Shown here: piece after piece, positions 48,137-59,972 of the stretch
How the letters are laid out: each line of letters begins with the position of its first letter
How positions within the stretch are numbered: the stretch's first letter is position 1
Assembly: GCA_963713975.1 (NCBI GenBank)
Contig: OY970218.1
Location: 1,824,001-1,888,000 of the forward strand
Length of the DNA: 64,000 nucleotides
Direction: 5' to 3'
From: an uncultured Chloroflexia bacterium
GTDB lineage: Bacteria > Chloroflexota > Limnocylindria > Limnocylindrales > CSP1-4
Made by a program: the position numbers and the translations under genes
Notes under the pieces: model-generated
Database searches by the model: none
Seen by the model: only the letters and a program-made list of their open reading frames with translations
What the model was told of the DNA's origin: nothing

Positions 48137-49021
48137 CTACCCGAACTCTGCCCGCAGCGGGCCCAGCACGTCGCGGTGCGCTTCCTCGAGCGCCCGGGGC
48201 CCCAACGCCGCCGGCACGCCGATGACCATCTCCGTGGCCCCGGCAGCCACCAGCGCACGAGCCTGGACCAGCGCCCGTGCCCGCGACGGCGCGTCTGGCC
48301 CGGTGTGGACCTGGCCCACGAGCTCGAACGTCGCCGGGTCACGCCCCTCCGTGTCGAGCGCTCGCAGGATGGCCTTGCGCTTGTCCGCGAAGTACTCGAC
48401 GTTGCCCGCCTCCACCCCGGTCAGCAGCCACCCGGCCGCCCGCCGCGCCGCGAGCGCGATCCCGCGCGGCTTCTGGCCGCCCAGGAAGATGGGCGGACCG
48501 CCCGGCGTGAGGGGCGGCGGGGCGTTGACCGCCCCGGCCAGGGGGTAGAAGGGATCGGCCCGGGTCACGCCAGGTGCCGCCGCGGCCTCTGGCGAGCACA
48601 GCGCCTGCAGCACCTCCACCGCGGAGACCAGGCGGTCGATGCGCTCGCCGATGGGCGGCAGCGGGATCCCGAACGGCTCGTGCTCACCCTCGAACCAGCC
48701 CGCACCGAGGCCCAGCACGAACCGGCCTCGGGTCGCGTGGTCCATGACGACCGCCGCCTTTGCCAGCAGCACCGGGTGACGGAAGGTGTTGCTGAGCACC
48801 GCATGGCCGACGCGCACCCCCGGCACGTGGTGGACCAGCGTCGCGAGCAGCGTGACTGCCTCGAGCGACGGGCCCGGCACCAGCGGGTCCATGTCCGTGA
48901 GATGGTCGTTGAGCCACGCACCGTCGAACCCGCCGAGCTCCCCGGCGAGCCGCCACGTGGCGTCGAGCGTTGCCCAGTCGACCCGTTGCGGCGACGTCTT
49001 GAACGAGATCCGCAGCGGCAT
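48137..49021 (-). CDS. LLM-class flavin/F420-dependent oxidoreductase
   Basis: WLNDH, RHPVLLAK, GRFVLGLGAGW, PIFLGG. Confidence 0.88.
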   Translation of the reverse strand: MPLRISFKTSPQRVDWATLDATWRLAGELGGFDGAWLNDHLTDMDPLVPGPSLEAVTLLATLVHHVPGVRVGHAVLSNTFRHPVLLAKAAVVMDHATRGRFVLGLGAGWFEGEHEPFGIPLPPIGERIDRLVSAVEVLQALCSPEAAAAPGVTRADPFYPLAGAVNAPPPLTPGGPPIFLGGQKPRGIALAARRAAGWLLTGVEAGNVEYFADKRKAILRALDTEGRDPATFELVGQVHTGPDAPSRARALVQARALVAAGATEMVIGVPAALGPRALEEAHRDVLGPLRAEFG

Positions 49022-49032
49022 CGGGTCCTCCG

Positions 49033-50787
49033 TCAGGCGCGGTCGCCGGCCCGGGCATCGAGCGCCCGCCGGAGTGGGGCCCCGCTCGTGATCGCGCCCT
49101 CGGACGCCGACGACACGAGTGCCGCGTACTTGGCGAACGCGCCGCTGGTGTAGCGCGGGGCCGGAGGGGTCCACCGGGTCCGGCGCTCGGCCAGGACCGC
49201 CTGATCCACCTCGAGGTTGAGCTCCCTTGCCTCCACGTCGACGACGATCATGTCGCCCTCCTCGACGAGGGCGATCGGCCCGCCGACGGCGGCCTCGGGG
49301 GCCACGTGCCCCAGCATCAGCCCGTGCGTGCCGCCGGAGAAGCGGCCGTCGGTCAGCAGCGCCACGTGCTCGCCCAGGCCCTCGCCCACGAGCGCGCCGG
49401 TGACGCTCAGCATCTCCTGCATGCCGGGTCCGCCGACCGGTCCCTCGTACCGGATGACCACGACGTCGCCCTCGTGGATCCTTCGTTCCCGGACAGCCGC
49501 GAAGCACTCGACCTCGGAATCGAACACCCGGGCGGGCCCGCGGTGGAACCGGCGCTCGTGGCCGGCCAGCTTCACGATCGACCCGTCGGGGGCGAGGCTG
49601 CCCCGCAGGATGGCGTGCCCGCCGGTCTCCTTGATCGGCGTCTCGATCGGGTGGACGACCTGCTGGCCCGGTGTCTCGACCACGTCGGCGGCGATCCTGG
49701 CAATCGTCCGCCCGTCCACGGTCTTCTCGGCGCCGTGGAGCAGGTCGCGCTTGAGCAGCTCGCGCATCACGAGGGCCACGCCGCCCGCCTCGTACATGTC
49801 CGACGCGGCGTATCGGCCGCCCGGGCGCATGTCGGCGATGAGCGGGGTTCGGTCGATCACGGCAGCGAAGTCGTCGAGCGTGAGGGAGATGCCGAAGTCG
49901 GCGGCGATCGCCGGCATGTGGAGGGCGGCGTTGGTGCTGCCGCCGGTGGCCGACACGGAGGCGATCGCGTTCTCGAGCGCCTGCCTGGTGACGATGTGCG
50001 AGGGACGGATGTCGTGGTGGACGAGGGTCATCACCAGCTCGCCCGCCTTGCGCGCGGCCTCGTCCTTCTCAGGATCCTCGGCCGGGATGCCGTTCATGCC
50101 CGCGGGCGAGATGCCCATGAACTCCATCACGGTGGACATCGTGTTGGCGGTGAACTGGCCGCCACAGGCGCCGGCACCGGGGCAGGCCCCGTTCTCCGCG
50201 TCGTACAGCTCGTCCAGCGTGATCTTGCCGGCGCGATAGGCGCCGATCGCCTCGAACACCGTGACCACGTCTGCGGGCTTGCCCTTGTAGGTGCCCGGCA
50301 TGATCGTGCCGTTGTAGAGGACGAGGCCCGGGATGTCGAGGCGCCCCAGCGCCATGGCCCCGGCCGGGATCGTCTTGTCGCAGCCGACGAGGCAGACGAG
50401 GCCGTCGAACAGGTGGCCCCGCGCCACGAGCTCGATCGAGTCCGCGATGACCTCCCGGCTGATCAGCGACGCCTTCATCCCCTCGGTGCCCATCGACACG
50501 CCGTCGCTGATCGAGATCGTGCCGAACTCCATGGGCGTGCCGCCCGCCGCCCGGATGCCCTCCTTGACGAACTCGGCCAGCCGTCGCTGGTTGAGGTTGC
50601 AGGGCATGGTCTCGATCCAGGTCGTGGCCACGCCGATGATCGGCCGCGCCAGGTCGTCGTCCGTGAAGCCGACTGCCTTGAGCATGGCGCGGGCCGCCGC
50701 CCGGTCCGGGCCGTCGGTCAGCGCGTGGCTGTGCCGCTTGCCGGGATCGGTGGGGCGGGAGTAGGGGAGCTGGCGATCGGCGGACAT
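49033..50787 (-). CDS. ilvD: Dihydroxy-acid dehydratase
   Basis: [36 protein letters not shown]. Confidence 0.96.
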   Translation of the reverse strand: MSADRQLPYSRPTDPGKRHSHALTDGPDRAAARAMLKAVGFTDDDLARPIIGVATTWIETMPCNLNQRRLAEFVKEGIRAAGGTPMEFGTISISDGVSMGTEGMKASLISREVIADSIELVARGHLFDGLVCLVGCDKTIPAGAMALGRLDIPGLVLYNGTIMPGTYKGKPADVVTVFEAIGAYRAGKITLDELYDAENGACPGAGACGGQFTANTMSTVMEFMGISPAGMNGIPAEDPEKDEAARKAGELVMTLVHHDIRPSHIVTRQALENAIASVSATGGSTNAALHMPAIAADFGISLTLDDFAAVIDRTPLIADMRPGGRYAASDMYEAGGVALVMRELLKRDLLHGAEKTVDGRTIARIAADVVETPGQQVVHPIETPIKETGGHAILRGSLAPDGSIVKLAGHERRFHRGPARVFDSEVECFAAVRERRIHEGDVVVIRYEGPVGGPGMQEMLSVTGALVGEGLGEHVALLTDGRFSGGTHGLMLGHVAPEAAVGGPIALVEEGDMIVVDVEARELNLEVDQAVLAERRTRWTPPAPRYTSGAFAKYAALVSSASEGAITSGAPLRRALDARAGDRA

Positions 50788-50851
50788 GCGTTCCTCGGGG
50801 CTGGGCGGCGGGGTGTTCCCGGCCAGTATCGCCCGCGGGCCGGGGGAGCCG

Positions 50852-52606
50852 CTACGCCACCTGTGCCGGACCGGCCGACGCGGCCTCGACACGGGTTATC
50901 CAGGACTCCACGGTTCCGCGCAGGGTGGGGAGCGCGATGGCCCCGCTGCCGAGGACCACGTCGTGGAAGCCGCGAATGTCGAACGCCGCCCCGAGTCGCT
51001 CTCGCGCTTCGGCGCGGAGCGAGAGGATCTCGAGCTGGCCGGTCTTGTAGGCGAGGGCCTGGCCGGGCATGACGATGTAGCGATCCACCTCATTGGCGAT
51101 GTTGTTGGGCGCGAGGGCCGTGTGCTCGAGCATGAAGTCGATGGCCCGCTGGCGTGGCCATCCCATCGCGTGCAGCCCGGTGTCCACCACGAGCCGCGAT
51201 GCCCGCCAGGCGTCGAAGGAGAGCACGCCGATACGGTCGAGGTCGCCGCTGTAGAGGCCCATCTCGTCGGCCAGGCGCTCGGTGTAGAGCCCCCAGCCCT
51301 CGAAGAAGGCCGTCGGGCCGAGATGACGCCGGAACGCGGGGAGTTCCGGCAGCTCCTGCCCGATGGCGATCTGCAGGTGGTGGCCCGGGACCGACTCGTG
51401 GTAGGCGAGGACCTCCGCCTCGTACCGGGGGCGCGTGTCCGGATGGCCGGTGTTGATGTAGTACTGGCCGGCCCGCGAGCCATCCTCGGCCGGATGGCGG
51501 TAGTACGCGATGGTCTGGTGCTCCTCCTCGTGAGGTCCGATGCGGACCACCTCGCACGGGGCTTGCGGCAGGCGGCCGAACCAGTCCGGGATCGCCTCGA
51601 TCGCACGGGCCAGGGAGGAGGCGGCCTTGTCGAACACCTCGTCCCGTGTCGTGAACCGCAGGGCCGGGTCGGCTCGGAGTGCGGCCAGGGCACCCGGCAG
51701 GTCCCGGGCGCCGAGGGTGCGACCGGCGAGCTCCGCGAGCTCGGCGTCGATGCGTCGGATCTCGGCCAGGCCCGTGGCGTGCAGCTCCTCGGGGGTCGTG
51801 TCCAGTGACGTGTGCGCCCGGGCGAGCCGCCGGTAGGTCACGTCGCCGCCGGGCAGGTGGCACAGGCCCGCACGCTCCGGCGGCCTGGAGGCCGGGCGGA
51901 TCTCCGCGACCAGCGTCTCATGGAGCCGCGCGAAGGCGGGCCTGATGCCATCGGCGACGGCGGCTCGAACATCGCTCGTGAAGCGCTCCCGATCGTGCGC
52001 GGTCCAGCCGGGGGCATCCGCCGACACGCCGGCGAGCGGGGCAAGGAGCGGCCAGTCGTGGTCGGGGGATGCCAGCAGCGCGGCGAGGATGTCCACCACC
52101 CGGTCCACGGGCGCGGAGCACGCGACGAGGCCGTCTGCCAGCGATCGGCGGAGCGTGGCAGTGTGCGCGTCCGTGTAGCCGGGGATCGCCCGCCAGCGCT
52201 CGAGCAACGCCTCCGCCTGGGCACGCGTGGCGGCCGGCTGGTACTCGCTTGCCTGGAGGAGGTGGACGGGGAGCCCGTCGAGCGGGTCCACGTTCCACGC
52301 GCGCAGCCCGCCGTCGATGACGGTCAGGTCCGCTCCGATCGACTCCCGCAGCGCGGAGAGGGTGATCCGGTCGCCGGGTCCCTCGCCGCCGGGCTGGCCG
52401 GGGCCGTCCAGCGCATCCGCCTCTGCCAGGAGACCGGCAAGCCTCGCGCGTTCGGCGGACGCGCCGTCGGGTGTTGGGTCCGGGAGCCTGCCGTCGAAGC
52501 GTGGGTCGCCGACCGTCGTCGCGAACAGCGGGTTCGTCTCGAGGAAGGCGTCCCAGTACGCGGCTGCGAGCTCGTCCAGGGATCGCGCAGGGATGGGGTC
52601 GCTCAT
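50852..52606 (-). CDS. DUF885 family protein (M2-like HExxPGHH)
   Basis: [38 protein letters not shown]. Confidence 0.9.
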   Translation of the reverse strand: MSDPIPARSLDELAAAYWDAFLETNPLFATTVGDPRFDGRLPDPTPDGASAERARLAGLLAEADALDGPGQPGGEGPGDRITLSALRESIGADLTVIDGGLRAWNVDPLDGLPVHLLQASEYQPAATRAQAEALLERWRAIPGYTDAHTATLRRSLADGLVACSAPVDRVVDILAALLASPDHDWPLLAPLAGVSADAPGWTAHDRERFTSDVRAAVADGIRPAFARLHETLVAEIRPASRPPERAGLCHLPGGDVTYRRLARAHTSLDTTPEELHATGLAEIRRIDAELAELAGRTLGARDLPGALAALRADPALRFTTRDEVFDKAASSLARAIEAIPDWFGRLPQAPCEVVRIGPHEEEHQTIAYYRHPAEDGSRAGQYYINTGHPDTRPRYEAEVLAYHESVPGHHLQIAIGQELPELPAFRRHLGPTAFFEGWGLYTERLADEMGLYSGDLDRIGVLSFDAWRASRLVVDTGLHAMGWPRQRAIDFMLEHTALAPNNIANEVDRYIVMPGQALAYKTGQLEILSLRAEARERLGAAFDIRGFHDVVLGSGAIALPTLRGTVESWITRVEAASAGPAQVA

Positions 52607-52645
52607 GGCAGCAATGCTAGCGGCCGGACAGCCCGAGACGCCGGG

Positions 52646-53827
52646 TCAGCGGATGCAGGACCCGACGGACACGCTGCCGGTCCGGCCGATGGCCGGCGCG
52701 ATCCGGGCCGCGACCGTCGCCGGCGTCAGCGCGTAGCCCACGGCGGGATCTGTCCTGGACTCGGCGAAGATCAGCCCGCCGACCGTGCCGTTCTCCAGCA
52801 CCACCGGGCCCCCGGAGTCGCCGGGATCCACGGCGGCGCGCAGCTCGATGATGTCGCGGGTGATCCGGTGCTTGCCGTAGATGTCGCGACCGGTGGCCTC
52901 GTAGGAGCCGGCGACCGCGGCCGGCATCACGACGAGCGGACCGCCGCCCGCGAAGCCCAGGGCCGCTCCCAGCGCACCGCGCTTCGGCGTCCGTGTCGCG
53001 AACCGGAGCACCGGGCCGTCGATGCGAGGGGCGTGCAGGAGGGCCACGTCCAGGTCCGGGTCGAACAGCACGACGTCGGCATCGGCGACGTCCTCGCCGC
53101 TCGTGATGCGGATGGTGGACGCCCCGGCCACGACGTGGGCGTTGGTGACGAGGTAGCCCGGCGCCACGAGGAACGAGGTCCCTGCGACCTGTGACTCACA
53201 CGCACGCGCGATGACGCGGAACGTCGCGTCCATCGCCGCGCCGGCGATGCCCTGCGCCTCGGGGCTGGTCGGCGTGTCGACCGCCTGCAGCGGGATCGGC
53301 TCGAGGCCCACGAACACATCGGGAAGGCCAGAGGCGTCCAGCGCGCCCGCGATGCCGCCGATGAACTCCGCGGGTGGCGGCAGGTACTGGTCCACCGTGC
53401 GCACCGCCGTGGATTGGGACGCGGTCTGGGCGAGCCTCGGGAACGGCCCCGCGGCCATCAGGCCACCGGCGAGCCAGATGATCAGGAGGGCCTGGGCCGC
53501 TCCAACCAGGCCGCCGATCGCCCGGTCCACGCCCGACAGGACGCCGGTCCCGAGATGCTCGGCGATCGCCCGCCCGATCGCAGAACCACCCGCCTCGCCG
53601 AGAATCACCGCTCCCAGCACCGCCCCGAGGACAAGGAGGGCGCGTGGGATCGGCTCCAGGCCGTCGGTGATGTCGACGAGCCACGGGGCCGCATAGAGCA
53701 TCACGAGCAGCCCGGTCAGCGCCCCGCCGATGCCGCCGATCTGCGGCAGCGCCCCGGTGCGGACGCCGGCCAGCACGGCGAGCACCAGGATCACGAGCGC
53801 GATGAGGTCGAACAGGTTCGCGTCCAC
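52646..53827 (-). CDS. MarP-family serine protease (CvpA membrane domain + trypsin-like domain)
   Basis: N-terminal TMs; TNAHVV, DVALL, GDSGGP. Confidence 0.88.
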   Translation of the reverse strand: MDANLFDLIALVILVLAVLAGVRTGALPQIGGIGGALTGLLVMLYAAPWLVDITDGLEPIPRALLVLGAVLGAVILGEAGGSAIGRAIAEHLGTGVLSGVDRAIGGLVGAAQALLIIWLAGGLMAAGPFPRLAQTASQSTAVRTVDQYLPPPAEFIGGIAGALDASGLPDVFVGLEPIPLQAVDTPTSPEAQGIAGAAMDATFRVIARACESQVAGTSFLVAPGYLVTNAHVVAGASTIRITSGEDVADADVVLFDPDLDVALLHAPRIDGPVLRFATRTPKRGALGAALGFAGGGPLVVMPAAVAGSYEATGRDIYGKHRITRDIIELRAAVDPGDSGGPVVLENGTVGGLIFAESRTDPAVGYALTPATVAARIAPAIGRTGSVSVGSCIR

Positions 53828-53888
53828 GCGCCGAGTATCGGTGAGGTTCCGATGTCCCGCCGGGAACGGGCACCCGACGCGGCCCGGG

Positions 53889-54521
53889 CTATCCCGCTTG
53901 GGTGGTCTCGAGGCGCGTGTCCACGCGCGGCGGATGAACCGCCTCCCAGGCCGCGATGTCGGCATCCCTGCCCATCACGAAGCCGATCTCGTCCGTGCCG
54001 GCCATGAGCATCGCCTTGGAGAACGGGTCGATCTCGAAGTCCAGGGTGGAGCCGTCCGGCAGCAGGATCCCCTGTTCGGCCAGGTCCACGCGCAGCTCCG
54101 CATCCGGGTTCGCGTCGACCATCTCGAACAGCGCCGTGTGGGTCGCCGGGTCGACCACGATCGGGAGGACACCGTTCTTGAGGGCGTTGTTCTGGAAGAT
54201 GTCGGCGAACGAGGTCGACAGGATGGCCTGGATGCCCCACGAGCGGAGGGCCCATGGTGCGTGCTCGCGCGAGCTGCCCGTCCCGAAGTTGTCCCCGACG
54301 AGCAGGACCTTGCGCCCCTGCATCTCATCCCGATCGAGGATCCAGGGCGGGTCCTTCTTCGTGCCGTCCTCGTTGAACCGGTAGTCGCGGAACAGGGCGT
54401 CCGCGAGGCCCTCCTTGTCGGTGACCTTGAGATAGCGGGCCGGGACGATCTGGTCCGTGTCCACGTTCTCCGTCTGGAGGGGCACGATCCGGGACGTGAA
54501 GGAGCGAAACGGCTCGGCCAT
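53889..54521 (-). CDS. leuD: 3-isopropylmalate dehydratase small subunit
   Basis: NVDTDQIVPA, NFGTGSSREHA, FADIF. Confidence 0.96.
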   Translation of the reverse strand: MAEPFRSFTSRIVPLQTENVDTDQIVPARYLKVTDKEGLADALFRDYRFNEDGTKKDPPWILDRDEMQGRKVLLVGDNFGTGSSREHAPWALRSWGIQAILSTSFADIFQNNALKNGVLPIVVDPATHTALFEMVDANPDAELRVDLAEQGILLPDGSTLDFEIDPFSKAMLMAGTDEIGFVMGRDADIAAWEAVHPPRVDTRLETTQAG

Positions 54522-54523
54522 GG

Positions 54524-55966
54524 TCAGTACCCTCCGCCGACGGTGACCAGGTCCTCGACGCCGGGCAGCGTGCGGGGATCGGTCACGACGCCGGTGATCG
54601 CCGATGCGGCCGCGGTCAGCGGCGAGGCGAGGAACGTGCGGCCGCCCTTGCCCTGGCGGCCTTCGAAGTTGCGGTTGGACGTGCTCACCGCGTACTGGCC
54701 GGGCGAGAGCTGGTCCCCGTTCATCGCAATGCACATCGAGCAGCCGGCCTCGCGCCACTCGGCCCCGGCGGCGCGGAAGATCTCGTGGAGACCCTCGCGC
54801 TCGGCCTGGGCCTTCACCTGCTGCGAGCCGGGCACGACCATCAGGCGCACGCCGTCCGCCGCCTTGCGTCCCTTGAGCACGCTCGCGGCCAGCCGCAGGT
54901 CGCTGATCCGGCTGTTGGTGCAGGAGCCGATGAACACCACGTCGACGGGCTGGCCCGCGATCGGCTGTCCGGGTCGGAGGTCCATGTACTCGAGGGCTCG
55001 TTCCAGGCCCCGCCGTGCGCCGTCGTCGACGGCGTCCTCGGGCCGCGGCACGAGGCCGCTCACCGGGATGCCCATGCCGGGGTTGTTGCCGTAGGTGACC
55101 ATCGGTTCGAGGGCGCCCGCGTCGATCACGATCGACTTGTCGAAGGTGGCGCCGTCGTCCGTGGGCAGGGTCCGCCACGTCGCGACGGCCTCGTCCCAGG
55201 CGGCGCCCTGTGGCGCGTGGCGCCGGCCCCGGATGTACTCGAACGTCGTCTCGTCCGGGGCGATGAGCCCGGCCCTGGCGCCGCCCTCGATGCTCATGTT
55301 GCAGATCGTCATCCGCTGTTCCATGTTCAGGGCACGGATCGCCTCGCCGCGGAACTCGAACACGTGGCCGGTGCCGCCGCCGATGCCGATCCGGGCGATG
55401 AGGGCGAGGATGATGTCCTTCGCGCTGACGCCGGGGTTCAGCCGGCCGTCGACGCGGACCTCGTAGGTCTTCGGCTTGCGTTGGAGGAGCGTCTGGGTCG
55501 CGAGGACCATCTCGACCTCGCTCGTCCCGATGCCGAACGCCAGGGCCCCGAACGCCCCGTGCGTGGCCGTGTGCGAGTCGCCGCAGACGATGGTCATGCC
55601 AGGCTGCGTCAGGCCGAGCTCCGGGCCGATGACGTGGACGATCCCCTGGGTATCGCTGCCGAAGGCGTGGATGGGGATGCCGAAGTCCGCGCAGTTGGTC
55701 TCGAGCTGCTTGATCTGCGCGGCCGCCTGCATGTCGACCATCGGCAGGCCCCGCGGGGTGGTCGGGGTGCCGTGGTCCGCCGTGGCCACCGTCTTGTCCG
55801 GGCGCCGGACCGGCGTGCCCCGGGCGCGGAGCCCGGTGAAGGCCTGGGGGCTGGTGACCTCGTGGACGAGGTGCAGGTCTATGGCGAGGATCGCCGGGGC
55901 GCCCGGGTCCTGCGAGACGACGTGCTCGTCCCAGATCTTCTCGACGAGGGTGCGCGGTCTGGTCAT
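54524..55966 (-). CDS. leuC: 3-isopropylmalate dehydratase large subunit
   Basis: [34 protein letters not shown]. Confidence 0.97.
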   Translation of the reverse strand: MTRPRTLVEKIWDEHVVSQDPGAPAILAIDLHLVHEVTSPQAFTGLRARGTPVRRPDKTVATADHGTPTTPRGLPMVDMQAAAQIKQLETNCADFGIPIHAFGSDTQGIVHVIGPELGLTQPGMTIVCGDSHTATHGAFGALAFGIGTSEVEMVLATQTLLQRKPKTYEVRVDGRLNPGVSAKDIILALIARIGIGGGTGHVFEFRGEAIRALNMEQRMTICNMSIEGGARAGLIAPDETTFEYIRGRRHAPQGAAWDEAVATWRTLPTDDGATFDKSIVIDAGALEPMVTYGNNPGMGIPVSGLVPRPEDAVDDGARRGLERALEYMDLRPGQPIAGQPVDVVFIGSCTNSRISDLRLAASVLKGRKAADGVRLMVVPGSQQVKAQAEREGLHEIFRAAGAEWREAGCSMCIAMNGDQLSPGQYAVSTSNRNFEGRQGKGGRTFLASPLTAAASAITGVVTDPRTLPGVEDLVTVGGGY

Positions 55967-56062
55967 GCCTTGGGTCTGCTCTGCTGCGGCTGCGGGGGAC
56001 TCGAAGGGTACCAGCGCGTGGCGGACGGACGCCCAGCGGGCGCCGCGCGGCCGATCGACAAC

Positions 56063-56794
56063 TCAGCGTCCCGGCACGAGTCGGCTGCGTCTGCCCTCGA
56101 GCACAGCCCAGACGAGGGTGGGACCCGGTCATGGCCCGGCGCCCGAGAGCGCCCGAAGCGCGTCGTCCGGATGTCCCGGGTAGGCGACCCGCAGCTGGCG
56201 TTCGAAGTCGGTAGCCACGGTGCGCGTGGCCCGGGTGTGCCGGACGACCAGCAGCATCGAGATCTGCGGCTCCGGATCGAACAGCGGCCAGCCGTCCCAG
56301 CTGGGCAGCGCAGCTGCCTTCTCCGCCGACAACCGGATCAGCTGCTCGAGGCGCCGCAACTCGGACTGGAGCTCGCTCGCGACCAGCAGGTGGGCCGCGG
56401 CGTCATGTAGCGCTGCATCGATCCATCCGCGCGACGGGCGTCGCACCGCGACCTCGGTGAACGGCCGCCATCGAGGATGGAGGACGCTGAGCAGCAACTC
56501 GAGCATGCGGGCCTGGTGCCTGTGCCGGATCGCGGGCCCGGTGTTCGGGTAGATCCGCGCGCTGAGGTCCGCACCGAGCGCCGCGGCTAGACGCTGGTAC
56601 GTCTCGATTGGCGGGTGCCCGTTATCTTCCTCGATCCGCCCGAGGTAGGCGGGGTCCACGCCGGCATGTGCAGCCAGGAGCGAGCGAGTGGCGCCAGCGT
56701 CCTCGCGGAGCCTCATGAGGTCGTCCCGAAGGGCCTGATGGCGACTCGTCGTCGCCCTGTGGATCGCCCGCTCGAACGCCGGAGTGGTGGCCAT
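56063..56794 (-). pseudogene. XRE HTH + PD-(D/E)xK-like protein with probable premature TGA at 56129-56131
   Basis: HTH LAAHAGVDPAYLGRIE; TEV...GWID...SELQSE; frame continues after TGA as PGPTLVWAVLEGRRSRLVPGR*. Confidence 0.55.
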
Positions 56795-56866
56795 GGGGAC
56801 AGTGTGGGCGGGCCCGCTCATCTCCGGCTTTGACGCCTCGCCACCTTGCGCGGGCTCGACGTCGGC

Positions 56867-57032
56867 GCTGGACTCCCAGTCCACGAAGCCATGGGATCAT
56901 GCGACCCGGCTGGACTCCGGGTCCAGTGGTGGCGTTCTGGAAGCCCCGGAGATCCCGCGCATGCCGCTCTCGCTGGACTGGGGGGCCAGTCGCGCCGTGG
57001 CACCGCGGCAGATGCTGGACTGGCAGTCCGGC
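56867..57032. repeat. Four palindromic GCTGGACT-N-(A)GTCCA(G)-like units
   Basis: GCTGGACT at 56867, 56909, 56972, 57014. Confidence 0.7.
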
Positions 57033-57138
57033 CGGGGTTGTGGTCGAGGGGGCGCGCGGGAGCCATGAGGGCCCGGGTGTTGCGCCTCGACCCCGACTAC
57101 CGCTATCCTTCGCGCACCCGTCAGCACGGACGGGCCCA

Positions 57139-57372
57139 ATGGAGTCGGGTCGCTTGGACTTCTTCCAGGGTCGCAACCGCAGCCGCGTCGCCGTCATCGT
57201 GACGTCCGATGGTCGCCGCGTCACCGTGCCCCTGCGCGACCTCGAGCCCCAGGGCGTATCCCCCCTCGACCTTATTCGCTCGCTCCTGGCCGGCCTTGAG
57301 AGCCTTCTTGGCCTCCTCATTACCGGCTCCCGGCGGGAGAACGGAGGAACGCGGAGGGACGGACGCCACTGA
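57139..57372 (+). CDS. Putative ilv/leu leader peptide (77 aa, Ile/Leu/Val-rich)
   Basis: VAVIV and LDLIRSLLAGLESLLGLLI runs using rare CTT/ATT codons; terminator follows. Confidence 0.55.
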   Translation: MESGRLDFFQGRNRSRVAVIVTSDGRRVTVPLRDLEPQGVSPLDLIRSLLAGLESLLGLLITGSRRENGGTRRDGRH

Positions 57373-57396
57373 GGCGCCGCCACCGAGAACCAAAGG

Positions 57397-57425
57397 GACC
57401 CTCGCCGGGTGGCGAGGGTCTTTGT
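57397..57425 (+). terminator. Attenuator-type terminator before ilvB
   Basis: GACCCTCGCC-gggt-GGCGAGGGTC-TTTGT. Confidence 0.8.
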
Positions 57426-57471
57426 ATGTCCGGCGGTCGCGGGACCGGCGGACGGAGGGATCTGAGCGGAC

Positions 57472-59358
57472 ATGACCATCACGAGAGGTGAGCCACCGGC
57501 CGGTGCGGCCACCGATGCGCCACAGGCCCCACCCACGCCGCAGCGTCGCAGCCATGTGCCCGGCGACGGCACCGCGGCCGCGGCGGCCATCGAGCAGGCG
57601 CGCAAGGACATGCTCCACGACGTCCGCGGCAAGAAGCGGACGCGGATCGGCGCAGACGCGCTCATGGAGGCGCTCATCCTCCAGGGTGCCGACACGCTGT
57701 TCAGCTACCCGGGCGGCGTGATCCTGCCGATCTACGACATCCTCGGCGACTACCCGCAGATCCGGCACATCCTCGTCCGCCACGAGCAGGGCGGCGGTCA
57801 TGCGGCCGATGGCTACGCTCGCGCCAGCGGCAAGGTCGGCGTGTGCATGGGCACCAGCGGCCCGGGCGCCACCAACCTCGTGACGGCGATCGGCACCGCG
57901 CAGCTGGACTCCGTCCCGATGGTCGCGCTGACCGGCAACGTGCCCGGCTCGCTGATCGGCAAGGACGCCTTCCAGGAGATCGACATCACCGGCATCACCC
58001 TGCCGATGACCAAGCACAACTACCTGGTTCGCAACGCCGACGACATCCCGCGGGTCGTCGCGGAGGCCTTCTACATCGCGAAGACCGGCCGCCCGGGTCC
58101 CGTTCACATCGACTTCACCAAGGACGCCCTGCAGCAGGAGACACGCGCCGAGCACCCCTCCCTCGACGACGTGATCGCCGGCCTGCCAGGCTTTCGCCCC
58201 AACCTCGCGGGGCATCCGAAGCAGCTCAAGACCGCCGCCCGGGAGATCGCAGAGGCCAAGCGCCCGCTGATCCTCGCCGGCCACGGGGTCCTGATCGCGG
58301 AGGCGTGGGACGAGCTCAAGGCGTTCGCCGAGAAGACCCAGATCCCCATCGCGTGGTCGCTCCTGGGCATCGGCTGTATCGACGAGCGGCACCCCCTCGC
58401 CTACGGCTACATGGGCATGCACGGCTGGAAGCACGTCAACCGCGCGATCCAGTCGGCGGACCTGCTGATCGCCATCGGCATGCGCTTCGACGACCGCGTC
58501 ACGGGCAGCGTCAAGACGTATGCCCCGTACGCCCGGATCATCCACGCGGACATCGACCCGGCCGAGATCGGCAAGAACGTCGCCGTCGAGGTCCCGATCG
58601 TGGGCGATGCGAAGAACGTCCTCGAGGGCCTGACCAGGCTCGTCCATGCGGTCGACCCGGCGGCACGCGCCGACTACCTCGCCGAGCTCGCCCAGTGGCG
58701 GGTTGAGTCCGAGGGCGCGTCCTGGCACGGCTCCGGCGCGTGGCAGGGCGGCGTGCTCTCGGCCGACTTCGTGGTCGAGCGGATCGGCGAGCTGACCGAT
58801 CACGTCGCGACCTACGTCGCGGACGTGGGCCAGAACCAGATGTGGCTCGCGCGCTATGCGGGGTTCCGCCGGCCGCACAGCCACATCAGCTCGGGCGGGC
58901 TGGGCACGATGGGCTTCGCGGTCCCGGCCGCCATGGGCGCGGCGCTCGGCAACCCGGACGCCGAGACCTGGGCCGTGTGCGGGGACGGCGGCTTCCAGAT
59001 GACGAGCCAGGAGCTGATGACGCTCGCCGCGGATCGGATCCCGGTGAAGATCGCGCTCCTCGACAACAAGAAGCTGGGCATGATCCGGCAGTGGCAGGAG
59101 ATCTTCTACGCGGAGAACTACCACTCGTCGCACCTGCCCGGACCCGACTTCGTCAAGCTCGCCGACGCCTACGGCATCCCCGCCTTCAAGGCCACCACCC
59201 CTGAGGAGGTGGACACGGCGATCAGGGCGGCCCAGGCCGTTGACGGCCCGGCGCTGATCTGGTTCGAGATCGAGCAGGAGCAGAACGTGTTCCCGATCAT
59301 GCCGGCGGGCAAGGGCCTGTCCGACCTGATCGAGACATGGGGGGGTCCCGAGGAATGA
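57472..59358 (+). CDS. ilvB: Acetolactate synthase large subunit
   Basis: [35 protein letters not shown]. Confidence 0.97.
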   Translation: MTITRGEPPAGAATDAPQAPPTPQRRSHVPGDGTAAAAAIEQARKDMLHDVRGKKRTRIGADALMEALILQGADTLFSYPGGVILPIYDILGDYPQIRHILVRHEQGGGHAADGYARASGKVGVCMGTSGPGATNLVTAIGTAQLDSVPMVALTGNVPGSLIGKDAFQEIDITGITLPMTKHNYLVRNADDIPRVVAEAFYIAKTGRPGPVHIDFTKDALQQETRAEHPSLDDVIAGLPGFRPNLAGHPKQLKTAAREIAEAKRPLILAGHGVLIAEAWDELKAFAEKTQIPIAWSLLGIGCIDERHPLAYGYMGMHGWKHVNRAIQSADLLIAIGMRFDDRVTGSVKTYAPYARIIHADIDPAEIGKNVAVEVPIVGDAKNVLEGLTRLVHAVDPAARADYLAELAQWRVESEGASWHGSGAWQGGVLSADFVVERIGELTDHVATYVADVGQNQMWLARYAGFRRPHSHISSGGLGTMGFAVPAAMGAALGNPDAETWAVCGDGGFQMTSQELMTLAADRIPVKIALLDNKKLGMIRQWQEIFYAENYHSSHLPGPDFVKLADAYGIPAFKATTPEEVDTAIRAAQAVDGPALIWFEIEQEQNVFPIMPAGKGLSDLIETWGGPEE

Positions 59359-59972
59359 GCACGGACCAGTTCGCCGCTCCCGCGGCTCCGGACGCACCTG
59401 CCACGACGGCCCCGGCCGTCGCCCACATCGCGCCGCCGTCACGGATCCTGCCCGGCTCGGGCGAGGCCCAGCGCCACGTCCTGGTCGTGCTCGTCATGGA
59501 CCGGCCCGGCGTGCTCAACCGCGTCGCGAGCCTGATGCGGGCGCGCAACTTCAACATCGACTCGCTGGCGGTCTCCCGGACGGACCGGGACCACATCAGC
59601 CGGATGACGATCACCCTGCACGGGGATGCCGTGGCCGTCGAGCAGGCGGCCAAGCAGCTCTACCGGCTGATCGACGTCCTCAAGGTCCAGGACGTCACCC
59701 GGGACCAGCTCGTGGAGCACGAGCTTGCCCTGGTGAAGGTCCGCGCGACGGAGGCCAATCGGGCCGAGGTCATCAAGGTCGTGGAGCTGTCCAAGGGCGC
59801 CATCGTCGACATCTCGGCCGAGTCCGTGATCGTCGAGGCGCACGGTTCGGAGGCGGAGATCGACGCGCTCGTCGCGCTGCTCCGCTCCTACGGCATCAAG
59901 GAGCTGGTCCGCACGGGCGCAACCGTCATGCTGCGCGGCGCGGGCTCCATCGAGGAGGCACTCAAGCTGTGA
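59355..59972 (+). CDS. ilvN: Acetolactate synthase small subunit
   Basis: [25 protein letters not shown]. Confidence 0.95.
   Translation: MSTDQFAAPAAPDAPATTAPAVAHIAPPSRILPGSGEAQRHVLVVLVMDRPGVLNRVASLMRARNFNIDSLAVSRTDRDHISRMTITLHGDAVAVEQAAKQLYRLIDVLKVQDVTRDQLVEHELALVKVRATEANRAEVIKVVELSKGAIVDISAESVIVEAHGSEAEIDALVALLRSYGIKELVRTGATVMLRGAGSIEEALKL

Noticed and set aside
56867-57032. Palindrome cluster as CRISPR
   Set aside because: Repeat core is only 8 bp, spacing is irregular and no cas genes are present
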